DNA of 64,000 bases from a virus: positions 32,001 to 96,000 of the IMG/VR virus record IMGVR_UViG_3300022699_000302. One strand, given 5' to 3'. Shown here piece after piece: positions 28,545 through 37,099 of this stretch. Numbering within the stretch: the stretch's first letter is position 1; the number at the start of each line of letters is the position of its first letter. The translations under genes were made by a program, and so were the position numbers. The notes beneath the pieces were generated by a model that was not told the origin of the DNA, did no database searches, and was given only the letters and a program-made list of their open reading frames with translations.

Positions 28545-29107
28545 CACAGACCAAACTCGAGTGGAAATTGATCTACTCCGTTGTCGTCGCCGGCAAGAAT
28601 GCCAGGTTTGCCGAAGCGGTGATGGCTAAGCTCTTTGAGAAAAACGGGGCGGCGCCGCTGGATCAAGTCAGGTCCTGGGCCGATATCGATAAGCATCTTC
28701 GCAAAGCACGAAGCGGCAACTACAACAAGATCGCTAGATGTCTGGCACAGCTCATCAAGGACTGCCCCGACCTCGCCACCTGCGAACCACATGAGCTGGA
28801 GAAGTTTTACGGCATCGGACCCAAGACATCCCGCTTCTTCATTTTGTGGACCCGGCCACAGGCCAGATATGCCGCGTTAGATGTCCACATCTTGCGCTGG
28901 ATGTCAAACCAGGGCTACAACGTCCCCAAAGCAACACCTCAATCCATGAAGCGTTACAGGGCCATTGAGGAGCTTTTTCTGAAAGAGGCGGATGCCCGAG
29001 GCGTGCCGCCGGCAAAACTGGACTGGGCTATCTGGGTCGAGGGATCGGGATGGCCTGAGCGGAACGAAGAGACGGCGCTGTTGGTGCAGCCGTTGAATCT
29101 GAAGTAA
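28541..29107 (+). CDS. HhH-GPD superfamily DNA glycosylase (OGG-like)
   Basis: LEKFYGIGPKTSRFF...AALDVHILRW: HhH hairpin, catalytic Lys and Asp. Confidence 0.8.
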   Translation: MTQTKLEWKLIYSVVVAGKNARFAEAVMAKLFEKNGAAPLDQVRSWADIDKHLRKARSGNYNKIARCLAQLIKDCPDLATCEPHELEKFYGIGPKTSRFFILWTRPQARYAALDVHILRWMSNQGYNVPKATPQSMKRYRAIEELFLKEADARGVPPAKLDWAIWVEGSGWPERNEETALLVQPLNLK

Positions 29108-29127
29108 AAGAAAAGCCCCCGGAGGGG

Positions 29128-29475
29128 CTAGTCTTTGTACTCCAAGTTGATCCGGTATTCGGCTACTTTTATCGCCTTCCATCCCACTAGGAGAATAGCC
29201 ACTGTACCAATCGAGAATATAGCGAGCACGATGGCTGTTGCTACGGTCTCGGGGATTCTGGGAAACCCTACGGTCATCACTACGAGGGACCCAAGGGGCC
29301 ACACACCGATGCCGCAGACCAGGGTACTCATCATGATCCTGTCCCACTTAACTTCTTTTCGCTTTGCCTCCTTTAGGAGTTTTTTCTCCTCCTCAGTTCT
29401 CTCTTTCTCTTTTCTCGGTAAATCAGCTGTCGTCGACAAACCAGCTGCCGCGAGCAATAGCAATAGAGTTTCCAT
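29128..29475 (-). CDS. Membrane protein
   Basis: N-terminal hydrophobic stretch plus 2 TM; AGGAGG RBS. Confidence 0.7.
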   Translation of the reverse strand: METLLLLLAAAGLSTTADLPRKEKERTEEEKKLLKEAKRKEVKWDRIMMSTLVCGIGVWPLGSLVVMTVGFPRIPETVATAIVLAIFSIGTVAILLVGWKAIKVAEYRINLEYKD

Positions 29476-29512
29476 ACCAACCTCCTGAGTATTTGTAAGT
29501 TCTGCTCTATAG

Positions 29513-29521
29513 TCTTAGGCC
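29513..29521 (-). promoter_or_regulatory. Putative early promoter motif GGCCTAAGA
   Basis: GGCCTAAGACTATAGAG upstream of 29475. Confidence 0.65.
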
Positions 29522-29555
29522 GTATCTGGAGTAAAAAGAAAAGCCCCCGAAGGGG

Positions 29556-29837
29556 CTAATCTTTCGTTGCGTTCAGCCACCGGCCGAGCTTCTCGTGCAG
29601 GAGTTGCAACTCGTCGGGATCAAGCACACTGAACTCGAGGAACTTCTTGCCGGTGTCAGGATCGACCTGCAGCTCCTTCTCGAAATCAGTGCTATTGTCA
29701 AAGTAGATCTTCGCCTGAACACCAACAGTTCCGTCGAGCGGACTTCCAGAGCCCCGCTCATAGCTCTCGAATCCGACCTCATTGCCGAATTCATCACCGA
29801 TGTTCACGGTTTCGTTGATTACTTCTGATACCTTCAC
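29556..29837 (-). CDS. Hypothetical protein
   Basis: GGAGG RBS, GTG start. Confidence 0.65.
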   Translation of the reverse strand: MKVSEVINETVNIGDEFGNEVGFESYERGSGSPLDGTVGVQAKIYFDNSTDFEKELQVDPDTGKKFLEFSVLDPDELQLLHEKLGRWLNATKD

Positions 29838-29839
29838 GA

Positions 29840-30019
29840 CTAACCTCCCTTTGCTTTGCCCGTGGCGATCATGATGCCGTAGCATCCCTCTTCCTGGCAG
29901 GTGGGCATGTCGCCGGGCTCTACCTCACCTGCCCTGATCCACCGCTTTGCACCGCATTCGATGCACTTGGCTTCAGCTTTCGTCCTGTTTGCCCCCTTGG
30001 GCTTCTTCGGTTTTGCCAT
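29840..30019 (-). CDS. Small Zn-ribbon protein
   Basis: CIEC...CQEEGC. Confidence 0.6.
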   Translation of the reverse strand: MAKPKKPKGANRTKAEAKCIECGAKRWIRAGEVEPGDMPTCQEEGCYGIMIATGKAKGG

Positions 30020-30204
30020 CACTCTTCCTTTTTGCAGTTGGTGATCTCAGCGTAGTAGGCCTCCAGTTGGCCGTTCTGCTTCTCCAGGGCATCGGGGCCC
30101 ATGTTCTCGGCGATGATTTTAGCCGCTGTCTCGTTGTCGGCCTCGACCTCAACATCGCCGGCGTACACGGTGGTGACCGCGAAGCTGACTCGGTATTTCG
30201 GCAT
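30019..30204 (-). CDS. Small hypothetical protein
   Basis: GAGGAGG RBS, coupled stop/start. Confidence 0.65.
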   Translation of the reverse strand: MPKYRVSFAVTTVYAGDVEVEADNETAAKIIAENMGPDALEKQNGQLEAYYAEITNCKKEE

Positions 30205-30515
30205 TATTCCTCCTCGTGAAGTTTCTTGGTTGCATCTAATAGCTCCTCAGGAGCTATATGGACGCCTTTCTCGCCGAGTTTGAAAACTGTCTCGTTCACC
30301 AGTCGGGCCGCGTTGTCTATGATCCGATTCCTTTCCGTTTCGATGCCCAGCTCCAGCATCTCAATCAGGAACGCGGCCTTTTGCTGTCGTTGTTCGCGGC
30401 TTCCATAAGAGCAGCAACGGGCGCACCCCATGCTGGAAGTGGGAACTACACAGGTGCAGTTCTCTCGACACGGGTTGCCGTAGGTACAGGGGCACGATCG
30501 GTTAAGCTCCGCCAT
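30204..30515 (-). CDS. Cys-rich small protein
   Basis: CPCTYGNPCRENCTC...CARCC. Confidence 0.65.
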   Translation of the reverse strand: MAELNRSCPCTYGNPCRENCTCVVPTSSMGCARCCSYGSREQRQQKAAFLIEMLELGIETERNRIIDNAARLVNETVFKLGEKGVHIAPEELLDATKKLHEEE

Positions 30516-30684
30516 AGGTTCTCCTCGCCATTTCGATCAAGATCTCGAGCTGGTCCTCTGTGACCTCCCGAACCGTCATGTCGGGGGTAGGCGCCACCAG
30601 CCATGATTCAGACGGGAAGCGGTGGGCGAGGTCAGAGTCAGCGCCCATGGCGGCCTGCAGGAGCACACATCCCGGCCGCTTCAA
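30502..30684 (-). CDS. Small hypothetical protein
   Basis: Fits the coupled minus-strand run. Confidence 0.5.
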   Translation of the reverse strand: MKRPGCVLLQAAMGADSDLAHRFPSESWLVAPTPDMTVREVTEDQLEILIEMARRTYGGA

Positions 30685-30703
30685 CGTAGTTCGTATGCAA
30701 TCT

Positions 30704-31105
30704 TCATTGCCCTCCTTCTCTCAAGTATTTTCTGATCGGTTCCCAGAGCAAATCCTCTTCGTAGAGGATACCAGTAGAGTGTTTGAGACAAAATTTGAGG
30801 CAGTCGAGCCAGTAGAGGGTCTGCAGGGCGCTGCAGCGCTCTGTCTCTGCCCGGATCGAGCCGATAGAGGCTCCTTTTTCCAAGTCTTTCAATGTGAATC
30901 CGAGAGGGCTCCACGATGTAATTCTCAGCATCTTGTCGTTCAAGCGGGTATAAATCGTCTCGGTATCCTTCTTCATGAAGGGAAACCAGATATTGAGGTG
31001 ATAGCCCTTCCCTATATGACGTAGGTAGGCGGCAGCCTCGGTTATATCTGGCTCGTTGATGTCCCGGAGGATTTGCCATCCCCGGTAGTCTCGTAGGCCT
31101 TCCAT
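30704..31105 (-). CDS. RGWQIL-motif family protein
   Basis: Starts MEGLRDYRGWQILRDINEP. Confidence 0.75.
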   Translation of the reverse strand: MEGLRDYRGWQILRDINEPDITEAAAYLRHIGKGYHLNIWFPFMKKDTETIYTRLNDKMLRITSWSPLGFTLKDLEKGASIGSIRAETERCSALQTLYWLDCLKFCLKHSTGILYEEDLLWEPIRKYLREGGQ

Positions 31106-31113
31106 GTGTCCTC

Positions 31114-31638
31114 CTATCGGGGTCTGGGTATTTGTTGGAATAGCTTTTCGATCTTCAGAAGAGCCTCTCGAGCTTGGTCGGCTCGATCTAGTGATGTCAC
31201 GGGCCGGCGGATGTTCTCGAGAGTCGTGATTGCGGTTTCCAGAATGTCGTAGATCTTCGCCATAACCTTTGGGTTGTGGGCTTCAATGAATAGCCCGTCT
31301 TCTTCCGCCATGACGACATAAGGCCCTTCGGTGTGAATTACATCAGTCCCGTAATCTTCAGGATCAAGCCGGATCTCGAAGTGTCCGACTCTGCGGTGGT
31401 ACCCCGGCATCTGGGTCACTACGCCTCCGCCATAACGCATCAACCAAGCTCCCGGGGACGCCGAGGAGACTCTCGCCCGCTGCAGGTCAATCCACTCGTG
31501 AAGAGTCACCTCTACTTTGTAATCGAGAGAGGCTTCAGCGGCGGCAGTACACTCGACGCACCAATGCCGTTCTCCATCCCAACCCCCGATAGTATGTCCT
31601 TCGATACCACAATCCGGTACTGGTTTCATTGAGTCCAT
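31114..31638 (-). CDS. Hypothetical protein
   Basis: AGGAG RBS, 174 aa. Confidence 0.7.
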   Translation of the reverse strand: MDSMKPVPDCGIEGHTIGGWDGERHWCVECTAAAEASLDYKVEVTLHEWIDLQRARVSSASPGAWLMRYGGGVVTQMPGYHRRVGHFEIRLDPEDYGTDVIHTEGPYVVMAEEDGLFIEAHNPKVMAKIYDILETAITTLENIRRPVTSLDRADQAREALLKIEKLFQQIPRPR

Positions 31639-31763
31639 GGTTTATCTACTCCTTGGGATTGGTATCTCCTCTGGTTTCTTGTCTGAACTTGCCCTCCATC
31701 TCTCGGGTCACTAGGTCTTCTTCGTCGATGGAGCAGTGTCGTATGCACTTTTCATGGGGTCCT

Positions 31764-32006
31764 TTAGTTTAGTGAAGAGGAATCGAACGGATCGGCGTTG
31801 AAGTGCTCTACCTCGATTGGTGAAGCGGAATGCATCTCGACGATGTCGATGACGTCCTGATCACGAAACCCGTAATCGATCTTGAGCTTCTCGAAGCAAC
31901 CGCGTACCGTATCCCCCTCTTCTAGCCCTACGGTGAGCATGATCGGGCCAGTAGTTGACTTCTCGAAGTTGATGATCAGAACCCTCTTGAACGCGGAGTC
32001 GCTCAT
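31764..32006 (-). CDS. Hypothetical protein
   Basis: AAGGAG RBS before MSDS. Confidence 0.6.
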   Translation of the reverse strand: MSDSAFKRVLIINFEKSTTGPIMLTVGLEEGDTVRGCFEKLKIDYGFRDQDVIDIVEMHSASPIEVEHFNADPFDSSSLN

Positions 32007-32016
32007 CGGTGTCTCC

Positions 32017-32319
32017 TTATCCAAAGTGCGCAACACGAACCAGCCATGCAGAAGCAGCCAACTCTCGTGCTCTCGAGCTGTCTGCATCGATCTCGTGGGC
32101 GACTAATACGACGCTTGTGCCGCTTTTGGTCCATGTTCCGTGTGAGTTGCGAATAGAACTCCCTGATCGCCACCATGTAGTCTCGCGTTCGCTCATACCC
32201 TCGAACCAGACTCGGACCGATCCAGTAGGGTGGACGAAGACCCGGAACGCCGGCATCTTCGGTTCTTTGATGTTTCGTAGTATCTGCCAACCCCGATTAT
32301 CGAGATTCAGGTTTGTCAT
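32017..32319 (-). CDS. RGWQIL-motif family protein
   Basis: MTNLNLDNRGWQILRNIKEP...FRVF. Confidence 0.75.
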   Translation of the reverse strand: MTNLNLDNRGWQILRNIKEPKMPAFRVFVHPTGSVRVWFEGMSERETTWWRSGSSIRNSHGTWTKSGTSVVLVAHEIDADSSRARELAASAWLVRVAHFG

Positions 32320-32797
32320 TCTTCCTCTCCTTTTCGAAGGATTCACGACGGATCGACGGATATTTCCCTGTTTTATGGTACACCAGATCTTTGTAGGTCA
32401 GCGGTTTCAACGGCAGCGTGTCCTTGGCGTGTTGAAGGATCTCTTTATCCCAGTAGCCGTTTGAAACTTCTAAGGCACAGCAGCCGCCATGCATGTGCTC
32501 GTAGAGCTGACAGTAACGGCGGTAAAGAGTTAGGGACGGGAGCTTCCAAGTGCCGTCAGGATTTTTCATCTCCCTTAGGTCTTTGAATTGGCGAGCCATT
32601 TGACGGAGGTAGTCCCGTTCTTCGTTCTCGTCGTGAGCTTCTTCCCAGTACTCGTCGATCAGGAATTTATTGAGAGACTCTTGAGCCGCTGATTTCATGC
32701 CTAGTACGACCCTGATAAACCTTCGAGCTTCCGTTTCTTCGTATTCCTTCTTTTTCTGCCTGTTCCTCTTTATCTTTTTTAGGACGGTGAAAAGCAT
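32297..32797 (-). CDS. Hypothetical protein
   Basis: GAGGAG RBS, 166 aa. Confidence 0.7.
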   Translation of the reverse strand: MLFTVLKKIKRNRQKKKEYEETEARRFIRVVLGMKSAAQESLNKFLIDEYWEEAHDENEERDYLRQMARQFKDLREMKNPDGTWKLPSLTLYRRYCQLYEHMHGGCCALEVSNGYWDKEILQHAKDTLPLKPLTYKDLVYHKTGKYPSIRRESFEKERKNDKPESR

Positions 32798-32827
32798 GGC
32801 TACTCCTCGTTCAGTAAGGATCTATAG

Positions 32828-32836
32828 TCTTAGGCC
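32828..32836 (-). promoter_or_regulatory. Putative early promoter motif GGCCTAAGA
   Basis: GGCCTAAGACTATAGA upstream of 32797. Confidence 0.65.
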
Positions 32837-32880
32837 ACACCATAGGTAAAAGAAAAGGCCCCCGGAGAGGCCTTCACTCA

Positions 32881-32905
32881 GTTGGTTGCATCGGATGTGA
32901 TCAAC
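32881..32905. repeat. Palindromic element, copy 4 (variant)
   Basis: GTTGGTTGCATCGGATGTGATCAAC. Confidence 0.65.
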
Positions 32906-33114
32906 TACTCTTCTCCCTGAGGTTGCCACATAAACCCGCAAACAGGGCAGTGCTTGAGATTATCGAGATCCCCGTTGAATTGATTATCGCACTCCGGGCA
33001 GTCTCCGTTATCGAGGCGACGCTGACGCTCTTTATACCGGGCAATGGTCTTACGTCGGCTCTCAGCGTACTTAGCGTCGATGTCATGGAGTTTCCTGGAT
33101 AGATCACTCATCAC
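32905..33114 (-). CDS. Small Zn-ribbon protein
   Basis: CPEC...CPVC. Confidence 0.7.
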   Translation of the reverse strand: MMSDLSRKLHDIDAKYAESRRKTIARYKERQRRLDNGDCPECDNQFNGDLDNLKHCPVCGFMWQPQGEE

Positions 33115-33485
33115 CTCTCCTTATACTCTTGGTCAATCTTCTTGAGCGTTTTGCCGAGCTCGTCATTCTTGGCCCGCTGCTCTTCGAAGAAAGTGTCGAT
33201 ATCGTCGATCACTCCGGACAGTGAGGTATTCTCTTCGAAGGACATGTCCATGATGCGGTTTAACAAGGCTGTAGCGGCATCGCGTTGCTCACACGCCCGA
33301 TCGGCAACAGCGTCACGGCGGGCGTACATGCGCTTGTACTCTTTGAGTTCCTTGAGAGTATCGAGCTCCCGCTTGGCGGCGTCAAGCGCACATTGGGCCC
33401 GTGTTTCCGACTTGATCACTTGCAGATCTTTCCTGAGGCTTTCGATCTCGGCCAGAGCCTCTTCTAGTGTGGTGGGGTCATCCAT
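33111..33485 (-). CDS. Coiled-coil protein
   Basis: Heptad-rich, 124 aa. Confidence 0.7.
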   Translation of the reverse strand: MDDPTTLEEALAEIESLRKDLQVIKSETRAQCALDAAKRELDTLKELKEYKRMYARRDAVADRACEQRDAATALLNRIMDMSFEENTSLSGVIDDIDTFFEEQRAKNDELGKTLKKIDQEYKER

Positions 33486-33805
33486 CTTTTTTCCTCTCTC
33501 TCTCCGCTCCGCCTCTTACGGAGGTTCGGTGTATCGTATCCTTCGAACTCCTCTTTCCGCTTTACCGCATAGAGACCCATGCGGTAGCCGTAAACAAAAG
33601 AGGATGCTTGGCTGAAGCTGTGGTAGGGCCCGCCGGTGCTCTCGTGGTCATCCTTTTCGTGAATCGCGGGGAAAATGATCGTGTATTTCCCGTTGGCCTG
33701 CTGCATCTTACCGCCGAGCTTTTCGATCTCGTCCTTGAGCTGGTTGGCCTTTGAGGCAACCGCCATTACATCCCGCAGTGAGTCGGGGTCAATCGTCATG
33801 TCCAT
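33464..33805 (-). CDS. Hypothetical protein
   Basis: GGGAGG RBS. Confidence 0.65.
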   Translation of the reverse strand: MDMTIDPDSLRDVMAVASKANQLKDEIEKLGGKMQQANGKYTIIFPAIHEKDDHESTGGPYHSFSQASSFVYGYRMGLYAVKRKEEFEGYDTPNLRKRRSGEREEKRWMTPPH

Positions 33806-34323
33806 ACCTCCCAGGTAACTTCGTCTTTGATTTCACACCGCTTGTCGAGACCGCCGTTCCAGACACTACCCCTACCGTACCGGATATAGAGCGTGGGAAC
33901 CCATACTCCTGGTACAAGCTTTTCCCAGGCATCGATGTGTTCTTGTGCCGGGACCCCGAAGATTCGAGGCTTTTTGTGTTGATTGAACAGCGGCGGGCAT
34001 TCGGTCTGCAGCCAATCGATCGAACACCATGCCAGGGAGAACTCTCCCTCAACAGCGGAGCACTCTATGCCTTTGTGACCCCACCTGCGCCCAAGACGGA
34101 AGTAGTGTCCTCTGATGACCCTTTCTTCGTAGTCGGGTTGGTACATCGAAACGTAGATGTCAGCGTTATAGGTGTAGATTCGTTTGGGTTGCTCACACCA
34201 GATTTCGGCTTCCCGGAGGAACACAGCAGTGGCTTCTTCAATCTTGATCTGCGGAAGGTTCTCGTTGATCCAACACTGACCGTCACCGATTCGGGCGAGG
34301 GTCAGGTGTCCGTCAGCTCCCAT
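33796..34323 (-). CDS. Hypothetical protein
   Basis: GGAGGA RBS before MGADGHL. Confidence 0.65.
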   Translation of the reverse strand: MGADGHLTLARIGDGQCWINENLPQIKIEEATAVFLREAEIWCEQPKRIYTYNADIYVSMYQPDYEERVIRGHYFRLGRRWGHKGIECSAVEGEFSLAWCSIDWLQTECPPLFNQHKKPRIFGVPAQEHIDAWEKLVPGVWVPTLYIRYGRGSVWNGGLDKRCEIKDEVTWEVWT

Positions 34324-34660
34324 TATCTTCCTCCTTTGCGTGTTTGAGGTGGTTTTCGATGGTGGTGGCCAGCCCCTCACCGTTTTGGCGGAGAAGCTGC
34401 GCGGCCTGTTCCAGCAACTTCTGGGAGTACTCGCGGTCTTCACACCACGAACACTGGTGTTTGCCCGGTCGGACGACCTGCAGAGGCGCCCCGCACCCAT
34501 CACACCACGCCGGTCCATGGCCGTCGTCGCTCTGTTCGATGCGGGCGAGTTGGTCGTGGACCTCGTCGTATCGAACCCACTCGCCATTCTCGTCGGGGAC
34601 AATAGCGGAAACGGTGCTTCCCGTGCAGTTTTCTCGGATCGTTACTGTGTATCGTTTCAT
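34313..34660 (-). CDS. Hypothetical protein with Zn ribbon
   Basis: CDGCG...CSWC; DENGEWVRY motif. Confidence 0.7.
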   Translation of the reverse strand: MKRYTVTIRENCTGSTVSAIVPDENGEWVRYDEVHDQLARIEQSDDGHGPAWCDGCGAPLQVVRPGKHQCSWCEDREYSQKLLEQAAQLLRQNGEGLATTIENHLKHAKEEDNGS

Positions 34661-34677
34661 CCTACTCCTCCTCGTTT

Positions 34678-34700
34678 TTGGTTTCGTCGGATGCAGCCAA
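34678..34700. repeat. 23-bp palindromic element, copy 5
   Basis: TTGGTTTCGTCGGATGCAGCCAA. Confidence 0.75.
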
Positions 34701-34732
34701 GATCTCGAGCCTGAATTGGTCATGGGTTCTCC

Positions 34733-35140
34733 CTATAAATTCGGACTTGCCGCTGCGCAGATTTCGTATAGCTTCGCGCTGAATACGCGAGAGTTGACGC
34801 GAGAGTTGACCTGATCGGTTAGGACTGCGGTAACGAATTTTTTGATGTAAGGAAGACTTGCTGAGCGATTGAGTTCGACTCCTGTGCCGTTCTTTACTCG
34901 CTCCTGTACCGACTCGAAAGTCATACCCGATTCGATATCACTGTCTAACTTGCCCTTGCTAAAGAAGAATGTGCGGCCATGCAGGGTGTTCGCGGACTCG
35001 ACCCATATGTTGACATCTCCATCGGCAAACGATCCTGGACCAAACCTGAAAACGCGGAACAGCTGAAGCGGGTTTATATGGATATCGTTGAGTATCTGCC
35101 AACCTCGTTGGTCAAGGTTTAGAAGGGATGGCGTTGTCAT
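34733..35140 (-). CDS. RGWQIL-motif family protein
   Basis: LNLDQRGWQILNDI...FRVFRF. Confidence 0.75.
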   Translation of the reverse strand: MTTPSLLNLDQRGWQILNDIHINPLQLFRVFRFGPGSFADGDVNIWVESANTLHGRTFFFSKGKLDSDIESGMTFESVQERVKNGTGVELNRSASLPYIKKFVTAVLTDQVNSRVNSRVFSAKLYEICAAASPNL

Positions 35141-35544
35141 GACAACTCCTTTTTTGGGGGATATGCCCGGATAAGATCGTTGATTGCGTCTGCATGAGCC
35201 TCGGATCGCTTCGACAGGGACAGCTGTTCCTCTATGTGATTTGAAAGCGCTTGAAGATAAAGGCGGATCTCAGTCTCGTCGGTCAGCTCTTCGGCCTCCT
35301 GTCTAGCTAAGTAGTCCTCCATATCGTGAAGAGTGCATCCCAGGCCACCAAAGCAGCCCCTCTTCCCGAGGTTGAAAAAGAAGGTGGCTTGGCGGAGACC
35401 CAGGGGAGCTATCCAGACGTTGACATCGCCGTTGCCGACATCTTCGGTGAACCGAAAAACCCGACACTGAAGGTCGGGCTCTCTGATATCTCGTAATATT
35501 TGCCAGCCTCGGTGATCATGCCCCGGCAGTTTCTTCACAGCCAT
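35137..35544 (-). CDS. RGWQIL-motif family protein
   Basis: GHDHRGWQILRDIREP...RVFRF. Confidence 0.75.
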   Translation of the reverse strand: MAVKKLPGHDHRGWQILRDIREPDLQCRVFRFTEDVGNGDVNVWIAPLGLRQATFFFNLGKRGCFGGLGCTLHDMEDYLARQEAEELTDETEIRLYLQALSNHIEEQLSLSKRSEAHADAINDLIRAYPPKKELS

Positions 35545-35777
35545 TACTCCTTCTCCTCTTCTTTTGCTTCGAGGATAGATCCTGTAAAACGAATGCCGTC
35601 CCACCCGAGATCCGAATCGATTTCGCCTCCGGTGTGCCGGTTGAATTTCCAGTCACCGCAGATGATGAGAATGTTGGTTACAGAGGTAACCTTGAGTTCT
35701 ACAGGTACACCGCCGTGTTTCCCACCTATCCATCGGGTGACGGCATCTCCTGGTCTGAGTTCTTTCAGTTCTTTCAC
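35544..35777 (-). CDS. Hypothetical protein
   Basis: AAGGAGG RBS, GTG start. Confidence 0.65.
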   Translation of the reverse strand: MKELKELRPGDAVTRWIGGKHGGVPVELKVTSVTNILIICGDWKFNRHTGGEIDSDLGWDGIRFTGSILEAKEEEKE

Positions 35778-35786
35778 TGCGCCTCC

Positions 35787-36110
35787 TTACCCTCCTTTAT
35801 CGATGTACTTATTTGTTTCGACGGCATGATTAGCCAGTTCGGTTAAGATATGATCGGGGAGCTCTTCATCAGGCTCTTCGTTGTAGATCAGATCTACGAA
35901 GAGATCGACGGTGTCGATATAGTCGTAGGTGCTGTCTTCGTGGTGAGACAAAACCCCGTCGAGAGCAAGACCGGCATCCCGGCACAGCCCCCAGAGTCCA
36001 GGGAAGCCGCCGAGTAACGGACCATAGTCGTCGTAGAACTTTTGGTATCGTGAATCCTGGTGGAATACTGCTGAAACAGCAGCTACCACAGTCCAGCTAT
36101 CATCGCTCAT
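35787..36110 (-). CDS. Hypothetical acidic protein
   Basis: AGGAG RBS. Confidence 0.7.
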   Translation of the reverse strand: MSDDSWTVVAAVSAVFHQDSRYQKFYDDYGPLLGGFPGLWGLCRDAGLALDGVLSHHEDSTYDYIDTVDLFVDLIYNEEPDEELPDHILTELANHAVETNKYIDKGG

Positions 36111-36173
36111 GAATTCTCCTATCCGCGTATAAAAAAGAGGGCCGAAGCCTCGTACGGGAAAACCTCTCTATTG

Positions 36174-36182
36174 TCTTAGGCC
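36174..36182 (-). promoter_or_regulatory. Putative early promoter motif GGCCTAAGA
   Basis: GGCCTAAGACAATAGAG upstream of 36110. Confidence 0.65.
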
Positions 36183-36188
36183 GCATCC

Positions 36189-36533
36189 CTACGAATCTTC
36201 CGTAGTCTTGCTAAACCGCTGAAAGTCAGCAGATGCCTGAACTTTCTTGATGATACGCCGGATCTTGGACTTATCGGTTACCGGGTCCAATTCGGTGTAT
36301 CCGCCGACCGACGTCATTTCTTCCATGTTGATCCCGCACTTTCTAAACCCCTTGCGGACATAGTTCTTTCCCCGGTATTGGTGGTAGGTACTAGCGTTCT
36401 CTGACATGCCTTTGTGCCATACCAATAGGGCTTGATCACTCCGGAAGACCCGCCAGTTTCTCAGATCGGATAGAGTGTCGGTCTGAGTGAGGTACTTCCA
36501 GTTTCGTTCGTCGTGACCGATCCATCGCTCCAT
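36189..36533 (-). CDS. Divergent RGWQIL-motif family protein
   Basis: GHDERNWKYL...WRVF. Confidence 0.7.
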   Translation of the reverse strand: MERWIGHDERNWKYLTQTDTLSDLRNWRVFRSDQALLVWHKGMSENASTYHQYRGKNYVRKGFRKCGINMEEMTSVGGYTELDPVTDKSKIRRIIKKVQASADFQRFSKTTEDS

Positions 36534-36582
36534 AGTGGTCTCCTATAAAAAAGAGGTTCCCCCGGGGGAACCTCTTCAGGAC

Positions 36583-36954
36583 TCAGTCCTTTTTCTCTTT
36601 CTTCTTTTCTTCCTTTGCGGCCTTCAGCGTGGCGAGCCGCTCCTCCCGCTTTGCCCTGAGCGTTGAGGAGTCTTCGAACGGCTCACTGGGGAGGAGCATG
36701 ATCTCATTGACTTCGACGGCCCGACCGATGTGGCCGTTGGTCTGAACGGCTCGGATCAGGTAGTGGAGTTGCACCCCGCCGATGCAACGTTGCATCTTCT
36801 GCTCCAGCACGACGAACCTTGCTTGAGCGTCGGAGCTGAACGGAAGATCGTCCTGCTCCTCTGGTGTGCCGACCGCCCGGACGATGTCTCCAATCTCGTA
36901 TTTGAAGACATTATCCATCATTTCCATGCACGTCTTGACTGCTTCCGGTGTCAT
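36583..36954 (-). CDS. Hypothetical protein (SH3/KOW-like)
   Basis: FKYEIGDIVR...HYLIR. Confidence 0.65.
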   Translation of the reverse strand: MTPEAVKTCMEMMDNVFKYEIGDIVRAVGTPEEQDDLPFSSDAQARFVVLEQKMQRCIGGVQLHYLIRAVQTNGHIGRAVEVNEIMLLPSEPFEDSSTLRAKREERLATLKAAKEEKKKEKKD

Positions 36955-37037
36955 GTATTCCTTTCGCTTGCTATGCAAATAAAGAGGGCCTCCACAACGG
37001 AAGCCCCTGATCTCTAGACAAGAATTCGGTAGCATCT

Positions 37038-37046
37038 TCTTAGGCC
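37038..37046 (-). promoter_or_regulatory. Putative early promoter motif GGCCTAAGA
   Basis: Back-to-back with the late motif at 37063. Confidence 0.6.
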
Positions 37047-37062
37047 ATATTTTTGGCATAGC

Positions 37063-37071
37063 TATACTGGT
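37063..37071 (+). promoter_or_regulatory. Putative late promoter motif TATACTGGT
   Basis: Exact 9-mer upstream of the second structural module. Confidence 0.5.
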
Positions 37072-37099
37072 ATCAGATGTCAGGCAGAAGGCCTACCAC

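Noticed and set aside
28541-29107. Nop/IS110-like (Tas) effector for the arrays, suggested by the GIGPKT hairpin
   Set aside because: The surrounding motifs (K in the HhH, LDVH) fit an HhH-GPD glycosylase, and the protein is short and 19 kb away. No other ORF in the window showed Nop features by eye.
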